DNA of 64,000 nt, taken from positions 864,001 through 928,000 of the forward strand of contig CAXXLV010000001.1 of the NCBI GenBank assembly GCA_963664305.2, read 5' to 3'. Of the stretch, positions 31,167-42,954 are shown one piece after another. Within the stretch, counting starts at the first letter, position 1. Each line of letters opens with the position of its first letter. Origin of the DNA: an uncultured Aliarcobacter sp. GTDB taxonomy: Bacteria > Campylobacterota > Campylobacteria > Campylobacterales > Arcobacteraceae. Made by a program: the position numbers and the translations under genes. A model generated the notes under the pieces. It made no database searches. It worked only from the letters and a program-made list of their open reading frames with translations, and was not told where the DNA came from.

Positions 31167-32069
31167 TTATTTTTTCTTTTCAATATCAAGTTTTTTTCTT
31201 TTTTCCCAAAGAGATTTTCTTGAAATACCAAGTTTTTTTGAAAGTTCAGTATCAGGATATTTCCCTTGATAAGAAATAACCATCATTTTAACGTAATCAT
31301 TTATCGTCATAATATTTGAATTACCTAATAGAACTTTTTCATTATTAAATTCAATTTTTCTATAAGGGAAATCTTCTTCTTGTTCTAGTGTTGAGATAAT
31401 ACAATTTTTTTCTTCAATTAATTTTACTAATTGCTCTTTAACATTTTTCTTTAAAGTATGATAATCAGTTAAATAAATGATAGTTTTTCCTTGAACAGCA
31501 TTAATTTGTTTTTGCCATGAAGATGAAGTTAAAGATATAAAACAAATTGGTAAATCCATTTTTCTTGCTAATTCAAAAACAAGTTTATCTGCACATTTTT
31601 GAGAATTTGTTTCTATTAATGTTGGGAATGATGGTGGAAGTAAAATTTCACTCGTATCAATATCTGACATTGTAAAATTAAAATAATCTCTTAACGTTTG
31701 TAATTCCCTTCTAATACTTCTACATTCTTTGTAGTGATAAATCTTTCTTACTAATTCATCCATAATAAATGGTTTCATAATATAATCTTTAGCACCATCT
31801 TTAATAGGATTAGTTACTGTTTCATCAGAAATATATGAAACAAGTAAAAGAATTATTGAATTTTCACTATAACGTTTGATGATGTTTTTACATAAACTAG
31901 ATGGAAGAGATGTAGAAAGAAGGATAGTATCATAATCTTTTGTTAGATTATCAATATTAGGTGATTCAATATAATCACAACTATGTCCATCATCAAGTAA
32001 TCTTGAAACAACTTTTTGTGCTAGATAGATTTCATTTTCGATAATTAATATATTCATTTTTGTTTCCAA
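31167..32069 (-). CDS. Atypical response regulator (HP1021/Cj1608-like) with C-terminal Fis-type HTH
   Basis: Receiver fold with Ser at the phosphoacceptor position (DTILLSTSL), KPF; LGISRKSLWEK; directly downstream of ispDF. Confidence 0.8.
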   Translation of the reverse strand: METKMNILIIENEIYLAQKVVSRLLDDGHSCDYIESPNIDNLTKDYDTILLSTSLPSSLCKNIIKRYSENSIILLLVSYISDETVTNPIKDGAKDYIMKPFIMDELVRKIYHYKECRSIRRELQTLRDYFNFTMSDIDTSEILLPPSFPTLIETNSQKCADKLVFELARKMDLPICFISLTSSSWQKQINAVQGKTIIYLTDYHTLKKNVKEQLVKLIEEKNCIISTLEQEEDFPYRKIEFNNEKVLLGNSNIMTINDYVKMMVISYQGKYPDTELSKKLGISRKSLWEKRKKLDIEKKK

Positions 32070-33178
32070 TTATAATATTTCAATGTAGCAATACTTTGTA
32101 CAGCAACTCCTTCAGCTCTACCAATAAATCCAAGCTTTTCCGCAGTTGTAGCTTTGATATTAATAAACTGTTTTTCAAGACCTAAAAGTTTTGCCATTGA
32201 ATTTTTTATATCATTTTTAAAAGGATTGATTTTTGGTTTTTGTGCAATAATGGTTAAATCAATATTTACTATCTCATAACCAACATTATTTACAAAAGTT
32301 ACAATCTCTTCTAATAAAATTTTTGAATCAATTCCTTTATATTTTTCATCAGTATCAGGAAAAAATTCACCAATATCTCCAGCTCCACATGCTCCTAATA
32401 ATGCATCTATAACTGAATGTATTAAAACATCACCATCACTATGAGCTTTAAAACCATAATCATAAGGAAGTTTTATACCTCCTAGATACATATCTTTATT
32501 ATCTTCAAATGCATGAATATCAAAACCAGTTCCAGTAAAAAAATTTGCAGATGGTTCTTTTAGACATGGTAAGTCTTCTAACTCATCACCTAAAGTTAAT
32601 TTTTTACTATCACTACTACCTTGAACATATTTAATAGTTCCATTAATGCTTTTTATAGCAGAACTTTCATCAGTAAATTCAATCTTAGTATTTAGTGCAG
32701 TTTTTAATATTTGAGTATTTGAAAGTTGAGGAGTTTGGATTAGTTTTACATTGTCTCTGTTGATAGTATTGTTTTCATAAATAACTGTATCTGTAACATT
32801 CAAAATTGGTACAATGCAGTCAGCGTTTTCTTTTTCTAATAAAAGAGCATCAATTACACTTTTAGGGATACAAGCCCTTGCAACATCACTAATCATCACA
32901 TATTTTGTTTTTACAAATTCTAAGCAATTTAAAATTGATTGTTGTCTCGTATCTCCACCTTTGACTAAAATAAAGTCGTCAGTGAAATTTTTCATGTAAT
33001 TTAATTCTTTTTCACTTGATGCAACAATTACTTTATCAAACGATGAATAAGTTTTAAGTCTTTTTGTAACATTTAGCCATAAAGGTTCATCTTTGATTCT
33101 TAGCCATTGTTTTTTTGTTTTGTGTTCAAATCTCGAAGAATTACCAGCACAAAGAACTATCAATGTAACATCAAACAA
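32054..33178 (-). CDS. ispDF: Bifunctional IspD/IspF
   Basis: AGNSSRF, GGDTRQQS, QTPQ; GFDIH, HSDGDV, GDIGEFFPD, KATTAEKLGFIGR. Confidence 0.96.
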   Translation of the reverse strand: MFDVTLIVLCAGNSSRFEHKTKKQWLRIKDEPLWLNVTKRLKTYSSFDKVIVASSEKELNYMKNFTDDFILVKGGDTRQQSILNCLEFVKTKYVMISDVARACIPKSVIDALLLEKENADCIVPILNVTDTVIYENNTINRDNVKLIQTPQLSNTQILKTALNTKIEFTDESSAIKSINGTIKYVQGSSDSKKLTLGDELEDLPCLKEPSANFFTGTGFDIHAFEDNKDMYLGGIKLPYDYGFKAHSDGDVLIHSVIDALLGACGAGDIGEFFPDTDEKYKGIDSKILLEEIVTFVNNVGYEIVNIDLTIIAQKPKINPFKNDIKNSMAKLLGLEKQFINIKATTAEKLGFIGRAEGVAVQSIATLKYYNWKQK

Positions 33179-33226
33179 TAAAAACTCCTTTGAGTAAAAA
33201 AGTTACAAATTATAGTATATAGTTAC

Positions 33227-34057
33227 TTAGCTTTTGTTAAGACTTGTTTTAATAACTTCCTTAATCACATTTATTGAGTTTACAAAATGTTCAACATCAA
33301 AATTATATTCAACAACTTTTTCTAAAGCTTTTTCAATATTTCTTTCACTTAATGGATATCTAATATCACATAAAATTTTAATGATATGTAAGATTTGAGC
33401 TTTTTGTCTAAATGATTCTGGGCAATTTTCTATATCTTCTGCAAATGCAATAGGGAAAATAATATTATGACTTAAATTCCAATGTTTAAAAATATTTGCA
33501 GTAATTCTTGCACATGTAAATCCAGTAAATTTTTCTTCACATAAACTAGTATCTTTTGTATCTTCTAACTCTTTTAAAAATTCTTCAGTCTTTTTTTCAT
33601 TTTGAATTACTTGTGAAATTACAAATTTACCAACTTCTTGTAAAAATGCAGGAAGTAAAAGTTCATTTTTTAAATCAAAATTTATATTAGCAACCCAAGT
33701 ATTAATAATGTTACTAGCAAGAGAACTTGTAAAAATAAAATCATCAGTTGTAACTGCATATGCTAAAAGATTTGATTTTACAGCTTGTGAGATTGAAGAA
33801 CCAATAGCAACAGAAATTACAAATTTTATTCCTAAAAGATTAATCGCTCTACTTAATGTATCAACTTTACTTCTAAAACCAAACATACTTGAATTTGCAA
33901 TTTTTAATATATTTGCAACAATTAATGGATCTTTCCCAAGTATCTCAACTAACTTTTCACTATCTGTACTATCTTGTTTTCTAAAGTTATCCAATTCAAT
34001 TATATTTGCTGGTAAAGGAGGTAAAGAGGTAATTTCTTTTAATATTTTCTTTTTCAT
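33227..34057 (-). CDS. HDOD domain protein
   Basis: LPPLP, DPLIVANILKIANS, AINLLG, HWNL. Confidence 0.9.
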   Translation of the reverse strand: MKKKILKEITSLPPLPANIIELDNFRKQDSTDSEKLVEILGKDPLIVANILKIANSSMFGFRSKVDTLSRAINLLGIKFVISVAIGSSISQAVKSNLLAYAVTTDDFIFTSSLASNIINTWVANINFDLKNELLLPAFLQEVGKFVISQVIQNEKKTEEFLKELEDTKDTSLCEEKFTGFTCARITANIFKHWNLSHNIIFPIAFAEDIENCPESFRQKAQILHIIKILCDIRYPLSERNIEKALEKVVEYNFDVEHFVNSINVIKEVIKTSLNKS

Positions 34058-34071
34058 ATATGTCCTATATT

Positions 34072-36060
34072 TTAAAAAGTTAAATCATCGTCATCTAAAA
34101 GATAAGAGGTTAAATCTTTTTGATTAAAATGCTTAAAAATTTTGCTTATTTCATCTTTTATAAATTTTTTATTATGCTCTAAAATTTTATGAAAACTATA
34201 TTCATGAATTTTTGGGAATAAAAAATGAATTAAATATTTGTGATCGATTTTGATTACATATTTCTCAAATTCATAATCATAAGAATCATTATGTGTTACT
34301 TCAGTAATATGAACTTTTGATAAATTGTAAAATACTTTTGTTGATAAAAATTCTGTTAAGATTTTTATTGTATCTTCAATATCTAAAGAGTGGTTTTTTA
34401 CTTTTTTATTTATAAATTCAATTTCTTGATATAGTTCAAAATCTTTTATAATAAAGAAATCATTTAAAAAATTTGTTCTTACATAGTAATCTGAGAAATT
34501 AAAGTTTTTTAACAATAAAGTATTTATTTTTTTATAGTTTACTTCTAAAATATCAAAACCATTCAATAAAATAAATAGAGCATATAAATCTTTTGCTTTA
34601 TCTACTTTTTCTTGATGAGTTGAAAAAATCAATGAAATATTTAAGAAAATTTTTGAACAAATTGATACAAGATGGAAATCAAATGTGTTTTGAAGAACAT
34701 AATCAGAAATTTTTTCTAAAATTGTATTTAATTCATCATCAAATTTTGAGTTTTTAAATTTATTGATAAATAAATCAAAAATAGCTAATTTAAAAAATTC
34801 ATGATAATCATTTTTTACAACTGCAGAATTAATCAAAATTTGTGTGATATGACTATATTTAAAATCTTTGATATCTGATGCAAAAAAAAGAATTCTATAA
34901 ATAGTTTCTAAATTTTTATTATCAAAATTTTTATCAGAAAATATGAAATCTTCTACAATAGCATGATAATCCAATTTTCTCTCAAAACTTAGATTTGAAT
35001 TGTAATTGTAAAGAAGTGAACTAAGAAGAGTTTTTTCAAGTTCATTGATATTATTGGGAATATTTATTTCATCATCAATAGAAAATCTTCTAAAATAAAC
35101 TTTTAAAATCTTTTGAAAATAGGGATTATCTATAATACGTGGAGAGTTTGGTAAATCTCTTAATTTTTTTAGTAATTTAAGTAATAGAATAGAAGAATAG
35201 TTTTTAAATATTAAAAACTCTGAATTTTCAAAAATATCATCTTCATATCCAAAATTATTGTTTTTAGAAAGTATAAATCCATCTTCTTGTTTTTCTAAAC
35301 ATAAAAGATATTTCTCAAAGCTTTTATCTAAATCATCAAAATCAACAACAATTTCATCTAAATGAGAAAAGTAGTATAAATATTTTCCTTGAAGATTATT
35401 GATTTTACACAGATTTTCATTATCTAAAGGTATAGTAAATTTTACTATATTTATTGTTTCTGTCATTAATTCAATTATTTGATTAATTTTCTTTTTTTTG
35501 ATTAAATCAATAGAATTAATAGTGCAAAGTTGAATTAATGTTTTTAATAAAATAATATATAGGTCAAAAGTGAGTAGAAACAACTCTTTTTTATCAAAAA
35601 AAATTCTTTGTAAATGATTTTCGTAAAATCTAAAAACCTTTTCAATTGCATTTAAATCATATTCATTGTTTGAATTTAATATTGACTCATGCGAACCAAT
35701 GGTTGAAACATGGGCTAAAATGTTAATATCTTTAATAAAATGTATATTGTCATCTTTTATTAATTGTTTTAGTTTTTTTTCTAAAAATTGATTAATTTGT
35801 TGTTTAAAAAAAATATTATTTAAAAAAAGATTTTCTATATCAGTAGGTAGATTTTCTTTTCTTTTATGTAGTTCTAACATATAGTTGATTATGTATAAAT
35901 AATTTTTTTCTGTGGAACTGATTAATTGGTTTTCATTTTCAAGAATATTGTATTTTTCGGCAATATACATGATTTCATCAATATATTTTTGTTGAGATAA
36001 TTCGTTTTGAGTGTATATTGAGAAGTTTGGAGAATTATTTATTTGTTCATCATTTGACAT
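34072..36060 (-). CDS. Hypothetical protein, 662 aa, helical and extremely AT-rich
   Basis: Long uninterrupted ORF with GGAGG RBS; no recognisable motif. Confidence 0.75.
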   Translation of the reverse strand: MSNDEQINNSPNFSIYTQNELSQQKYIDEIMYIAEKYNILENENQLISSTEKNYLYIINYMLELHKRKENLPTDIENLFLNNIFFKQQINQFLEKKLKQLIKDDNIHFIKDINILAHVSTIGSHESILNSNNEYDLNAIEKVFRFYENHLQRIFFDKKELFLLTFDLYIILLKTLIQLCTINSIDLIKKKKINQIIELMTETINIVKFTIPLDNENLCKINNLQGKYLYYFSHLDEIVVDFDDLDKSFEKYLLCLEKQEDGFILSKNNNFGYEDDIFENSEFLIFKNYSSILLLKLLKKLRDLPNSPRIIDNPYFQKILKVYFRRFSIDDEINIPNNINELEKTLLSSLLYNYNSNLSFERKLDYHAIVEDFIFSDKNFDNKNLETIYRILFFASDIKDFKYSHITQILINSAVVKNDYHEFFKLAIFDLFINKFKNSKFDDELNTILEKISDYVLQNTFDFHLVSICSKIFLNISLIFSTHQEKVDKAKDLYALFILLNGFDILEVNYKKINTLLLKNFNFSDYYVRTNFLNDFFIIKDFELYQEIEFINKKVKNHSLDIEDTIKILTEFLSTKVFYNLSKVHITEVTHNDSYDYEFEKYVIKIDHKYLIHFLFPKIHEYSFHKILEHNKKFIKDEISKIFKHFNQKDLTSYLLDDDDLTF

Positions 36061-36203
36061 TACATAACCTCCAATGAAAATTTTATTATTTATTATATAG
36101 AAAAGAAACTTATATGAATAATAATTTGAAAAAATCTAAACACATTAAGCTTATATAAACATATTTGGCTATAATCTACTTACAATTTAAATAAATATTA
36201 TAG

Positions 36204-37565
<1,362 letters not shown>

Positions 37566-37630
37566 TTAAGATAAAAATTATCCTATTTAAAATATAATGT
37601 CAGACTATTAAATATTATAAGGAATATTAT

Positions 37631-38815
37631 ATGGCTAATGTAGAAACAATTAAAAAAGAATTAGAAAATATTAAATATCCAGGCTTTGCAAAATCAATTG
37701 TAGAGTTTGGATTTGTAAAAGATATTCAATTAGATGGAAATAACTCAATTATTACTTTAGATATTACTTCAACTGCACCAGAAGTTGAAGCACAATTAAG
37801 AAAAGAAATTACAGCTTCAATGTCATCAATTGGAATAAATGTAACTCTTAATTTTAATAAACCTAAAGAACAAGCACAACAAAGTAATAGTGTAAGTGGT
37901 AAAAATATTGCTCCACAAATTAAAAAAGTTGTAATGGTTAGTTCTGGAAAAGGTGGAGTTGGTAAATCAACTACAACTGTAAACTTAGCTGTTGCAGCTG
38001 CAATGCAAGGTAAAAGAGTTGGTATTTTAGATGCTGATATTTATGGTCCAAATATTCCAAGAATGATGGGATTAAATGGAAAAGAAGTTGAAATTGTTGG
38101 AGATAAAGCAAAACCTTTAAATGCATATGGAGTTGATGTAATGTCAATGGGTATGCTTATGGAAGAAGGGCAAGCTCTTATTTGGAGAGGTGCTATGATT
38201 ATGAAAGCAATCCAACAACTTTTAAGAGATATATTATGGGAAGAGTTAGATATTTTATTTATTGATATGCCTCCAGGAACTGGTGATGCTCAATTAACTT
38301 TAGCTCAAAGTGTACCTGTAAGTGCTGGAATTAATGTTACAACTCCTCAACACGTTGCCCTAGATGATTCAAGAAGGTCTTTAGATATGTTTAAAAAACT
38401 TCACATTCCAGTTGCTGGAATTGTTGAAAATATGAGTGGATTTATTTGTCCTTCATGTAAAACTGAATCTGATATTTTTGGAATGGGAACTTGTGAAGAG
38501 TTAGCAAAACAATATAACACTCAAGTATTAGGAAATCTTCCAATTGAACCAGCTATTAGAGAAGGTGGGGATAGTGGAAAACCAGTAGTTTATTTCAATC
38601 CAGAATCTGTATCTGCAAAAAGATATATGATAGCTGCTGATAAACTAATTCAATTCTTAGCAAATGTTGATGATAAGATTGATAACTCTGCAATTCAGCC
38701 TATTATGCCTGCAGGTGTAAGTGCTTGTTCAACAGAAGGACAAAAAATAAAAGCTGAGCACGAAGCAGCCAAAAAATCAGCTGGAAGTTGTGGTACAGGA
38801 TGTGGTTGCCACTAA
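37631..38815 (+). CDS. mrp: Mrp/ApbC (NBP35 family) Fe-S cluster carrier ATPase
   Basis: SGKGGVGKST, DADIYGP, WRG, DMPPGTGD, ENMS..CPSC. Confidence 0.95.
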   Translation: MANVETIKKELENIKYPGFAKSIVEFGFVKDIQLDGNNSIITLDITSTAPEVEAQLRKEITASMSSIGINVTLNFNKPKEQAQQSNSVSGKNIAPQIKKVVMVSSGKGGVGKSTTTVNLAVAAAMQGKRVGILDADIYGPNIPRMMGLNGKEVEIVGDKAKPLNAYGVDVMSMGMLMEEGQALIWRGAMIMKAIQQLLRDILWEELDILFIDMPPGTGDAQLTLAQSVPVSAGINVTTPQHVALDDSRRSLDMFKKLHIPVAGIVENMSGFICPSCKTESDIFGMGTCEELAKQYNTQVLGNLPIEPAIREGGDSGKPVVYFNPESVSAKRYMIAADKLIQFLANVDDKIDNSAIQPIMPAGVSACSTEGQKIKAEHEAAKKSAGSCGTGCGCH

Positions 38816-38821
38816 TTAAAT

Positions 38822-38847
38822 AAAAAAAGAGTATTTACTCTTTTTTT
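38822..38847. terminator. Bidirectional terminator
   Basis: AAAAAAAGAGTA-TT-TACTCTTTTTTT between convergent genes. Confidence 0.7.
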
Positions 38848-39103
38848 ATCCACATTTATAATATTCTTCAAATAATTCTTCAACTTTTTCAGTTACTAGT
38901 TTTTCATGCCAATTATGTCTTTTTGCAAATACTTTAATTTCAGATTCCCTTTGTTCTTCTGAACAGAAAAAATATAATTTTTTAACAAATGGTTTGGGTA
39001 CAGATATTACAATCTTTTGAAAAAAGCTCTCTTTACATTCGGCTGAACAAAAAACCTTTGAAATAGGTATTTTTTTAGAGCAGTATTGACAATTATTTGT
39101 CAT
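38846..39103 (-). CDS. Small zinc-ribbon protein (DUF2116-like)
   Basis: CQYCSKKIP...FCSAEC; AAGGAG RBS. Confidence 0.75.
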   Translation of the reverse strand: MTNNCQYCSKKIPISKVFCSAECKESFFQKIVISVPKPFVKKLYFFCSEEQRESEIKVFAKRHNWHEKLVTEKVEELFEEYYKCG

Positions 39104-39131
39104 AATAACTCCTTTTTTAATTTAATTTTTA

Positions 39132-39172
39132 ATTATAACAAGTGAGAATTAAATGCAACTTACTTGCATTTA
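39132..39172 (-). promoter_or_regulatory. Extended -10 promoter with TGCAA-N5-TTGCA palindromic box
   Basis: Minus strand TGCAAGTAAGTTGCA, 16 nt, TATAAT preceded by TGT; arms extend to TAAATGCAA/TTGCATTTA. Confidence 0.65.
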
Positions 39173-39185
39173 TATTGATAAAAAA

Positions 39186-39869
39186 TCAAGAATCTTTTCT
39201 TGAATTTTTTTCTTCTATTCCTGAAATTCCAAATCTTCTTGCTAATTCTTGTTTAACTCTATCAGGACTAATGTTTTTACTTGCAAGTGCCACTAAAACA
39301 TGATAAGTTATATCAGCAGCTTCATAAATAATCTCTTCCGTATTATCATCTTTTATTGCAAAAGTAAATTCACCAGCTTCTTCAACAATTTTCTTTAACA
39401 TAGAATTTTGTTTACCTTTTAGAAGTTTTGCTGTATATGATTTTGTTGGATCATCATTTTTTCTTTCACAAATAGTGTGATATAAGGTATCAATAACACC
39501 GTAAGCAGCAGTTGTATTAATCTCAACATCACTTATAGTTTCATTTGTATTAAGATTTGTGAAAAAACAAGATTTTCTTCCTGTATGACATGCAACACCC
39601 TCTTGATTAACTTTTAAAAGTAAAGTGTCATTATCACAATCTACAAGAATTTCTACAATTTCTTGAAGATGATTTGAACTTTCACCTTTTTTCCAAATTC
39701 TTTGTTTACTTCTACTAAAGTAGTGTGCATAATTTGTTTTTATAGTTAATTCTAAAGCTTCTTTATTCATATAAGCAAGCATTAGAACTTCATTAGTAGT
39801 TGCATCTTGAGTAATTACAGGAATTAAATTATCCATTTTTTCCCAGTCTATTTTATCTAGTTGTTCCAT
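39186..39869 (-). CDS. hisIE: Bifunctional phosphoribosyl-AMP cyclohydrolase / phosphoribosyl-ATP pyrophosphatase
   Basis: [45 protein letters not shown]; start placed at ATG 39869 after AAAGG. Confidence 0.95.
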   Translation of the reverse strand: MEQLDKIDWEKMDNLIPVITQDATTNEVLMLAYMNKEALELTIKTNYAHYFSRSKQRIWKKGESSNHLQEIVEILVDCDNDTLLLKVNQEGVACHTGRKSCFFTNLNTNETISDVEINTTAAYGVIDTLYHTICERKNDDPTKSYTAKLLKGKQNSMLKKIVEEAGEFTFAIKDDNTEEIIYEAADITYHVLVALASKNISPDRVKQELARRFGISGIEEKNSRKDS

Positions 39870-39882
39870 TATATATTTACCT

Positions 39883-40143
39883 TTAGAATTTTGTACCAAT
39901 ATCTATTTTAATTCCTTCAATGGTCATCAATTCTTTATTTATATCAATATTTATTCCAAAATCATAGTTTGATTTGATTTCATAATCTTTGTTTTCTTTA
40001 TATTTGTTTATTTCTTCATACTTTAAATTTTCATCATATTTAATTTCTGGTTTAACTTTTAAAATAGATTCAATATTTTCTGCATATAAAAAATCAACAA
40101 ATATAAAAAAGATAGTTGAAATTATTATAAATTTTTTTTTCAT
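39883..40143 (-). CDS. Small exported hypothetical protein
   Basis: Signal-like N-terminus; C-terminal alternating strands ending in Phe. Confidence 0.55.
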   Translation of the reverse strand: MKKKFIIISTIFFIFVDFLYAENIESILKVKPEIKYDENLKYEEINKYKENKDYEIKSNYDFGINIDINKELMTIEGIKIDIGTKF

Positions 40144-40149
40144 TGTATT

Positions 40150-40171
40150 AAGAAGCAGAAAACTGCTTCTT
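40150..40171 (-). terminator. Hairpin after SPFH gene
   Basis: AAGAAGCAG-AAAA-CTGCTTCTT. Confidence 0.6.
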
Positions 40172-40175
40172 TAGA

Positions 40176-41246
40176 TTATTGATTTACTGATGTATCTCTT
40201 GTTTTATCTTTAGAATCTATCCAAATATTTGGAGTTGATCCACCAGGAGTTAAGAAAATTTTAGCATCTTTGTTTTCTCTAAGTGCTTCGTTGAATTTTC
40301 CTTGAACTTCAATTTGTTGCATTTGTAAAAGAGTAGGTGTTAAAGATAATGCAATCTCTTTATTTGCAGCAGCTTGTGCTTTTGCTTCAATAGTTACAGC
40401 ATCTGCTCTACCTTGCGCTTCAATTCTTTTTGCTTCAGCTTCTCCATTTGCAAGAGCTGCTCTTTTTTCAGCTTCTTGTTTTGCTCTTAAAACTTCGTAT
40501 CTAACTCTTTCAGATTCTTGATTTGCAATTTGAACTCTTTCAATTTGCTCTTTAATTTTTGCTGGAAGAACAATTTCTCTTAATTGAACTGATTCAATTG
40601 AAACTGGTTTCCCTTCAAGTGATTCAATTTGTGATCTAATTCCATTTTCAATCATAGTAGCAATTTCATTTCTTTTTGTTGGTAACTCTTCTGCATTAAA
40701 TCCACCAACAACATTTCTCACAATATTTCTTACCACTGGATTTACAATTTTATCTTCCCATGCTGATCCCCAAGTTGCAATAGTAGCTGGTGCACCAGAT
40801 GCTGTTAATCTATATTGAACAGTAAGTTCAATAGATACAGGTAAACCTCTTGCATCTAAAATATTAATTGCAGGATTACTTCTAATACTTTGGTCAAATC
40901 CAGTACTTGTTTCAACAGTAGCAAAGTTCATAAGTCTAACTTTTGTATCAACTACTGTAACTTTTTGGTATCCAGGAATAATAAAGTGAAAACCTGGATT
41001 TAATGGTTGATCATCATATTTTCCTAATGTTTGTTTGATTCCTACATTACCTGACTCAATTGTCATAAATGGTTTGAATACAAATAAAGCTCCAATGATA
41101 ATAATAACTACATATATCATTCCTGCTTTTTTACCAAAATTTTTGAAAAATTCTGGTGTTTCAAAAGGCGGTTGATAATTTCCTCCACCATTTGAATTTC
41201 CATTATTTTGTTGTCTGTTTTTAAAATAGTCGTTGTCTATCGGCAT
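40176..41246 (-). CDS. SPFH/prohibitin (band 7) family membrane protein
   Basis: N-terminal TM, PGFHFIIP, SPFH domain, AE-rich coiled coil. Confidence 0.92.
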   Translation of the reverse strand: MPIDNDYFKNRQQNNGNSNGGGNYQPPFETPEFFKNFGKKAGMIYVVIIIIGALFVFKPFMTIESGNVGIKQTLGKYDDQPLNPGFHFIIPGYQKVTVVDTKVRLMNFATVETSTGFDQSIRSNPAINILDARGLPVSIELTVQYRLTASGAPATIATWGSAWEDKIVNPVVRNIVRNVVGGFNAEELPTKRNEIATMIENGIRSQIESLEGKPVSIESVQLREIVLPAKIKEQIERVQIANQESERVRYEVLRAKQEAEKRAALANGEAEAKRIEAQGRADAVTIEAKAQAAANKEIALSLTPTLLQMQQIEVQGKFNEALRENKDAKIFLTPGGSTPNIWIDSKDKTRDTSVNQ

Positions 41247-41292
41247 TTTTTTCCTTATTTAAAAATATAAAATTATTTAATAATAGTTAAGA

Positions 41293-42213
41293 TTAGTTAA
41301 CGTATGTTAAATACTTTAAATATTTTTCATTTTTTCCAGCAACTACGTCAAAATATGCAGATTGAATTTTTTCAGTAATTGGTCCTCTTGAACCACAACC
41401 AATAATTCTTGCATCAACATCTCTAATTGGTGTAATTTCAGCAGCAGTTCCTGTGAAGAATGCTTCATCAGCTATATAAACTTCTTCTCTACTAATTCTT
41501 CTTCTAACTACTTCAATTCCCATATCAGCAGCTAATTCGATAACTGTTGCTTGAGTGATTGATTCTAGTGAATTATCATTTGGAGGAGTAATTAATTTCC
41601 CATCTCTAACGATAAAGAAACAAGCTCCACTAGCTTCAGCAATATAACCTTGGTCATCTCTTAATAATGCTTCATCATATCCAGCTTCAACAGCTTCATA
41701 TTTTGCCATTTGAGAGTTAAGATAATTTGCTACAGCTTTTGCTTTACCCATTCCAGAAGTATTTGGAGTTCTTGTAAAAGATGAAATTTTAACTCTAACA
41801 CCTTTTTTTAATCCTTCTTCTCCTAAATAAGCTCCCCATTCCCATGCAGCACAAGAAACTTTTACAGGTGCTTCTTTATGGTATAATCCCATTACACCGT
41901 AACCTAAGTAAACTAATGGTCTTATATAAGCACCTTCAAATAATTCATTTTTTTGTAATAATTCAACTTGTGCTTTATTTAATTCTTCTAAAGAAAAAGG
42001 AACATTCATTAATGTCATTTTTGAAGAATTTATTAATCTTTGAGTATGTTCATTAAGTTTGAAAATTGCACATCTTCCATCAACAGTTTTATATGCTTTA
42101 GTACCTTCAATTGCACCATTTCCATAGTGAAGCGTATGACTTAAAACATGCACGTTTGCATCATGCCAGTTTACAAATTGTCCATCCATCCATATATATT
42201 TTGCTTCAGTCAT
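41293..42213 (-). CDS. ilvE: Branched-chain amino acid aminotransferase
   Basis: LHYG..EG.KAY, YIRP, AK..ANY, EAFFTGTAAEITP. Confidence 0.96.
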   Translation of the reverse strand: MTEAKYIWMDGQFVNWHDANVHVLSHTLHYGNGAIEGTKAYKTVDGRCAIFKLNEHTQRLINSSKMTLMNVPFSLEELNKAQVELLQKNELFEGAYIRPLVYLGYGVMGLYHKEAPVKVSCAAWEWGAYLGEEGLKKGVRVKISSFTRTPNTSGMGKAKAVANYLNSQMAKYEAVEAGYDEALLRDDQGYIAEASGACFFIVRDGKLITPPNDNSLESITQATVIELAADMGIEVVRRRISREEVYIADEAFFTGTAAEITPIRDVDARIIGCGSRGPITEKIQSAYFDVVAGKNEKYLKYLTYVN

Positions 42214-42350
42214 TTGATAAATTCCTAATGATTAATTTTTTTAGCTAATATTTTATCCAAGAATATTAAAAATAACTCTTAAATGATTTTTTTATGTTAT
42301 TTAAGAGTATTAAATGTAAGATTATGAAAAGAGAATTTATAGGCAAAATC

Positions 42351-42953
42351 ATGATAAAAAATATTTTTATTTTTATAACTGTTTCATTTTTTATAACTGG
42401 ATGTTCAACAAATCAACTTGTAATTCCTACAGAAAAGAAAATGGAAAGAGAAAAAGTATCAAATGAACTTCTAGGTGAGATTAGTTATATACTATTTTTA
42501 CTAAAACAAAAAGATTTGGAGACAATTAATTCTCAATTAATTAATCCAAGATATGGTGTTTATGAAATTTATAAAAATGAAAATACTAATAGAGTAACAT
42601 TTAAACACTCTTTAAAAATCGAAGAGATTAGTAATCATATTGATTCTTTTGATGTAAAAGAAGAACTGATTACTTTTGATTGTAGTCCACAAAATGATGC
42701 ATTTTATGGTTGGAGTAAAGAAGGCGTTTTTTTAACTACTGATATTAAGCCTTATTTATCACAAATGATGACAGAAATAAATAAAATTCTACCAAATAGA
42801 TATAAAGAAGATGAGTTAAAAAGAGTAGAACAAATTGAAAAAACTAGCTATGAATTAATAGTAACTTACAACAATATATTTTATTTAACAAAAATAGATA
42901 ATAGATGGTATATAACTCTTATTGATGGAGTTAAAACGGATTGTAGTCAGTAA
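42351..42953 (+). CDS. Hypothetical lipoprotein
   Basis: From ATG 42351: MIKNIFIFITVSFFITG-C lipobox. Confidence 0.7.
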   Translation: MIKNIFIFITVSFFITGCSTNQLVIPTEKKMEREKVSNELLGEISYILFLLKQKDLETINSQLINPRYGVYEIYKNENTNRVTFKHSLKIEEISNHIDSFDVKEELITFDCSPQNDAFYGWSKEGVFLTTDIKPYLSQMMTEINKILPNRYKEDELKRVEQIEKTSYELIVTYNNIFYLTKIDNRWYITLIDGVKTDCSQ

Positions 42954-42954
42954 T

